Of a stretch of DNA of 64,000 nucleotides, positions 60,629-64,000 are shown in pieces; position 1 is the stretch's first letter; every line of letters begins with the position of its first letter. The notes beneath the pieces were generated by a model. That model did not search any database. It was not told the origin of the DNA and saw only the letters and a program-made list of their open reading frames with translations. Position numbers and translations under genes: made by a program. Source of the DNA: an uncultured Planctomycetales bacterium (GTDB lineage: Bacteria; Omnitrophota; Gorgyraeia; Zapsychrales; GWA2-47-8); contig CAYING010000003.1 in assembly GCA_964364715.1 (NCBI GenBank), positions 3,764 to 67,763 on the forward strand. The letters are read 5' to 3'.

Positions 60629-60644
60629 TGTATCTGGAGATACA
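60629..60644. promoter_or_regulatory. NtcA-type operator TGTAT-N6-ATACA (GTA-N8-TAC)
   Basis: TGTATCTGGAGATACA; TATGAT lies 22 nt downstream on the minus strand; positionally equivalent to 25815-25830. Confidence 0.78.
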
Positions 60645-60717
60645 AAATAGAAAAAAAATAAATGGTATCTTTAATGTACTCTATTGATACATATAAACTT
60701 GCGGATGAGGAGATGGA

Positions 60718-61419
60718 TTAAAGAAGCGCTTCTTGGAGGCTGTCTTTATCCAGGATAGTAATCTGCTGGGCTTGGTAGGATATCAGTTTTAGCTCTTGTA
60801 ATTGGCGAAGATGCCGGGCGACTGTCACCCGTACGAGACCCAATCGTTGCGCAACTTCTTCTTGAGTCATCGTCACGCAGATGCAGTTTTCTCTCCCACA
60901 TTGACACTCTTGGCGATTTGCCATCTCCAATATAAATTTAATCAGGCGTTTGCGGGGGGCATCCAGGGAAACTTTTTCAATTAGGGAACTAAACCGGCAC
61001 AGCCTCTCGGCAAAAATGCGGTTTAAGGTATGCGCCATGCGGGAATTACTTTTAACCATCTGAACATAGTTGAAGCGGGATAGAATCCAAACCGAACAAT
61101 CGGTTAATGCCTGGGCCGAGGCTGAGCATGACCAATGGACTTGTCCGGGATTGCAGGCGCAGGTATCTCCCGGCCCTAAAACCTCCAAAATTTGTTCACG
61201 GCCCGCGGAGGAAAGGCGGAATATTTTAATACGGCCTGACTGAACGATAAAAACCCGTTCGCACGCCATCCCTTCAGAAAAAAGGATTTCTCCTTTTTTA
61301 AATGCGGTTTCCTTTAAACATTTTCCTGTAACATTGCGTTCCTGCAAAGAAAGGTCTTGAAAAATGGAAATGTCTTTTAATTGAATCGTCTTGTTATCGG
61401 CTGAATTCATAATGAACAT
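60718..61419 (-). CDS. Crp/Fnr-family transcriptional regulator, Cys-rich, copy 2
   Basis: GDTCACNPG...WSC; HTH TQEEVAQRLGLVRVTVAR. Confidence 0.92.
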   Translation of the reverse strand: MFIMNSADNKTIQLKDISIFQDLSLQERNVTGKCLKETAFKKGEILFSEGMACERVFIVQSGRIKIFRLSSAGREQILEVLGPGDTCACNPGQVHWSCSASAQALTDCSVWILSRFNYVQMVKSNSRMAHTLNRIFAERLCRFSSLIEKVSLDAPRKRLIKFILEMANRQECQCGRENCICVTMTQEEVAQRLGLVRVTVARHLRQLQELKLISYQAQQITILDKDSLQEALL

Positions 61420-61468
61420 CGCGATTCATAGAAATGCCTTCTTTAACGTAATTCTATCATAACAATAA

Positions 61469-61672
61469 TTATGTTATATTTTTTGGCGTCGAATCTTTAT
61501 TTTTATCTTCTTTAGTTTCGGAGACGTCATCATGCATGCTTCTTAAAGCGTTCTTGAATTCTTTGATGCCTTTCCCCAGCCCCTTGGCGATTTCCGGCAG
61601 ATTTTTGGCACCGAACAAAAGAAAGATTATCAAAAATATAACAACTAACTCTTGCATCCCTAAGCCAAACAT
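61469..61672 (-). CDS. tatA: Twin-arginine translocase TatA/E subunit, second copy
   Basis: Highly similar to 53442-53642. Confidence 0.95.
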   Translation of the reverse strand: MFGLGMQELVVIFLIIFLLFGAKNLPEIAKGLGKGIKEFKNALRSMHDDVSETKEDKNKDSTPKNIT

Positions 61673-61684
61673 ACGGCACCTCCT

Positions 61685-62074
61685 TTAAATGAGCACCTGT
61701 GTTACGCTTTTATAAATCATTTTTATTGCCGGCCGGTCATTAACGGTCCGGCAGGCCGTCACACACTTGGCGCATCCATCACAGAATAAAATATTAACAA
61801 TCGGTTTCTGGTCGTCCAAAGTAATAGCCTTATCTCGCAAAGGACATACAACATAACAAAACTGGCAATTTCCTCCACCCCAGGCAAGGCAATGTTCTGA
61901 CTCTAACTGTACCACTTTGGCCTTGATATGTGTCGAATTTTCTTCTGATGTTTCTGACACACTGTCATTTGATAAATTCAATCGCCCCTGGAGAAGTGAA
62001 CGCGCATTTTGAACCACATATCTAGGGATAAATTTCAAGAATTCTTGCCGGCTGACTTCCTTTGAATTTTCCAT
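61685..62074 (-). CDS. NapF/NapG-like 4Fe-4S ferredoxin
   Basis: CLAW....CQFC..VCP and CDGCAKC..AC motifs; N-terminal SRQEFL. Confidence 0.8.
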   Translation of the reverse strand: MENSKEVSRQEFLKFIPRYVVQNARSLLQGRLNLSNDSVSETSEENSTHIKAKVVQLESEHCLAWGGGNCQFCYVVCPLRDKAITLDDQKPIVNILFCDGCAKCVTACRTVNDRPAIKMIYKSVTQVLI

Positions 62075-62080
62075 CTTCGT

Positions 62081-62995
62081 TTAAACCTTTGCTTTTGTTT
62101 TTAAATCATAAAGGTCGAAACACTGCGGACAAATCCCCCGCTTCGGTTCCCAACGCGGATAATCCTTTTTAATCTCATTAACGACCGGAAGTGCCGCTGC
62201 GTCCCAATGCTCAACAGGATCAAAACTTGTAAAATCACACAGCGGACAACGCAATCCTCCTTCGCCTAGAACTTTTATACTTCGCGGGTCCCCCGCCCAA
62301 TTCAGCAGATCGATCTGCAGGAGGCTTTCACAGCCCTGAATCTTGCAAAGTATCGGCTCGCGTTCCGATGATGCCAAAAAGAAGAATTTTTTTTCGAATT
62401 CTTCCTTTTGCTCTTCATAGGACTTAAGGGTTTTAAAACCCCTGCCCCTTAAGCGGGCATCAATATAAAAATCCCACAATAAGCGGAAACGTTCACGGAT
62501 CAGGTTGTTTTCGATCTCATTCTTGCCGCCGAGCACCGGATGAGGAGAATATTGAAAATTAAAGCTAAGCATATCCGAAATCCGCGTCAGCTCGTGCCGT
62601 AAAAATGATTCAAGGAAAGTTAAATCCAGCATCCGGCGCGCCAAAATCCCCAGATAAACCGTTTTTTGGCGCGGCTGGACATAAAGCTCAGCCTCTTCAT
62701 GTTTCTTATCCCAAACTCTTTTAACAACGACCCTGATCTCCGGCTTATGAAGTTGTGAAAAATCTTTGCAGATGTTATTTAAAAAATCCTGCAGCCCAAG
62801 GATTAGAAAATATTTTTCATAGAGCAATTTAAACGCGCCCTCACGCTCATCGCTAGAGACAGCCTTCTGATAAATTTCCTCTTTCTCGTTACAAAAATTC
62901 CTATAAAGTTTGTCGCCCTGTTTAGTTCTCATCAACAAAAAAACAGCTTCTTCAACAAACGTCGGATCAAAATCGATTTGCAGAGAATTATTCAT
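62081..62995 (-). CDS. Hypothetical protein with C-terminal CPLC...CPQC metal site
   Basis: 304-aa ORF with LRHEL..ISD motif, in the nxr-like operon. Confidence 0.7.
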   Translation of the reverse strand: MNNSLQIDFDPTFVEEAVFLLMRTKQGDKLYRNFCNEKEEIYQKAVSSDEREGAFKLLYEKYFLILGLQDFLNNICKDFSQLHKPEIRVVVKRVWDKKHEEAELYVQPRQKTVYLGILARRMLDLTFLESFLRHELTRISDMLSFNFQYSPHPVLGGKNEIENNLIRERFRLLWDFYIDARLRGRGFKTLKSYEEQKEEFEKKFFFLASSEREPILCKIQGCESLLQIDLLNWAGDPRSIKVLGEGGLRCPLCDFTSFDPVEHWDAAALPVVNEIKKDYPRWEPKRGICPQCFDLYDLKTKAKV

Positions 62996-63004
62996 CGGAA
63001 TGCC

Positions 63005-63772
63005 TTATCGGGGAGTTGCCGGCCGCAGAGAACAATTTACACAGCCGCTGTCTTCTTTTTCCTGGACAGGACGAATAGGGAGACTTTCGGGTCCGGCCGG
63101 CACCCCCAGCCATTCACAGTCCTGCACAATATACAAAAAAGTAAAATCCGCCAGATCTTTTAAAAAACCTTGGCTGGCATACCGGCCAAGTTTTAACGCA
63201 AAGGAAGGAGCCCATCGGCCCAAATGCTCCCTAAGAAAACGCGTTGAAGCTTCACGGCATATCGCGGCATTCTCTATTTCCGTATTGGATAAGGCATAGA
63301 CTTCTTTGAAAAGCAAGTAATGCATAAATTCACATTCAATAGCGATATGATCAACGCGCTCGAAATTGTCCCCTCTTACCTTTAAGCCAAAAGCATTATA
63401 GAAGGAGGAAATATCGCTCAGCTGCTGCGGCTCACGATGCGTATGTTCTTCGCCGTATTCAAGCTCATAACAAGGGACCGGGCCGTTTGCGGTATACCCA
63501 AAACAATCTTCATATTGTCTGACCCGATCTTTATAGGCTGTCTGGTTTAGTTTTTCTGACAGTTCCTTCAGGCGCCTGATCAGCTGTTCTTTATTCTTGA
63601 GGGGGAGCGCCTCGGCGATCTCATCCCACGGCAGGCCCATATTCTCCTTTTCAAGATCTGCTCTATTTACATTTGGCCGACGGAAAGAATACGCGATGAA
63701 ACGATAGATATGACTTCGAACCATAAGAGAACTGATCTCAGATGGAGTTTTGGTGTTTGTCTGGCCTGACAT
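63005..63772 (-). CDS. TorD/DmsD/NarJ-family molybdoenzyme chaperone
   Basis: PCYE.EY, FY.AFG, ERVDHIAIECEFM.YL and FL.EHLGRW motifs. Confidence 0.88.
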   Translation of the reverse strand: MSGQTNTKTPSEISSLMVRSHIYRFIAYSFRRPNVNRADLEKENMGLPWDEIAEALPLKNKEQLIRRLKELSEKLNQTAYKDRVRQYEDCFGYTANGPVPCYELEYGEEHTHREPQQLSDISSFYNAFGLKVRGDNFERVDHIAIECEFMHYLLFKEVYALSNTEIENAAICREASTRFLREHLGRWAPSFALKLGRYASQGFLKDLADFTFLYIVQDCEWLGVPAGPESLPIRPVQEKEDSGCVNCSLRPATPR

Positions 63773-64000
63773 AAAACGGCTCCTCGACTTGTGTCCGGAA
63801 AATTTCTCCTCCGGCTTTATTGTAAGCAATAATCGTATCGTTATATAACGTAAACGGTTTGCCATGAATCTGTGTTTCAAAAACTTTCGGCCCTTCTTGA
63901 ATCTCATAGCGGAATATGATCTGGTTCGATCGGCGGAACATCTGCAGGACCGCTAAAAGTTCGCGGTCAGGGACCATATAGGATTCAATGGCCTGATCGA
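63738..64000 (-). CDS. nxrB: C-terminus of a nitrite oxidoreductase/nitrate reductase beta subunit, Nitrospira/anammox-type (partial)
   Basis: ...DQAIESYMVPDRELLAVLQMFR...IFRY....GPKVFETQIHGK....YNDT....K.G.E..R..VEEP.Y.RP matches the Nitrospira/Brocadiales NxrB C-terminus as I recall it; followed by a TorD chaperone. Confidence 0.82.
   Translation of the reverse strand, partial: DQAIESYMVPDRELLAVLQMFRRSNQIIFRYEIQEGPKVFETQIHGKPFTLYNDTIIAYNKAGGEIFRTQVEEPFYVRPDKHQNSI

Noticed and set aside
105-63299. Many plus-strand and nested ORFs of 60-220 aa
   Set aside because: They are antisense or alternate-frame shadows of well-supported genes, without motifs; only the amidase is a credible plus-strand gene

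Overview
A 64-kb bacterial chromosome segment with almost every gene on the minus strand. A PVC-superphylum origin, possibly Omnitrophota, is inferred from gene content only. Two large respiratory islands dominate. Island 1 (about 8.5-26.5 kb) is a 16-gene cluster: Crp/Fnr regulator, hemerythrin-like protein, hemA, MtrA/DmsE-like multiheme cytochrome, MtrB-sized beta-barrel, ResB/CcsA, 9-heme cytochrome, Rieske protein, cytochrome b, c554-like tetraheme, reductive-type HAO octaheme, ImcH-like NapC/NirT heptaheme, His/Met-repeat lipoprotein and a second ResB/CcsA. It carries 34 CXXCH motifs plus one CX3CH and one CXXHH. Island 2 (about 51-64 kb) holds the 3' end of a Nitrospira/anammox-type nxrB-like gene, a TorD-family chaperone, a NapF-like ferredoxin, two tatA copies, a second Crp/Fnr-hemerythrin pair, TtrB/TtrA-like molybdoenzyme genes without ttrC, two beta-barrels and a Moco-riboswitch-led moaA-tatC-MOSC operon. 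Four signals stand out. (1) The two paralogous Cys-rich Crp/Fnr regulators each sit next to a perfect operator matching their own recognition helix: RETVTR with TGTGA-N6-TCACA, and RVTVAR with TGTAT-N6-ATACA. (2) RK-type Tat signals occur together with a TatC lacking the E103-equivalent residue. (3) A four-copy, 94-117 bp double-hairpin element ends exactly at an ATG and has complementary loops. (4) REP-like CAGG-footed hairpins are nested inside that element. The rest of the window encodes glycosylation genes, a GH94-like phosphorylase, nifJ, a short pyk, a DEAD-box helicase, csp, ssb, radC, a frameshifted spermidine-synthase-like gene and others. No tRNA, rRNA, CRISPR array or transposase was recognised. 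All family calls come from motif recognition, not database searches.
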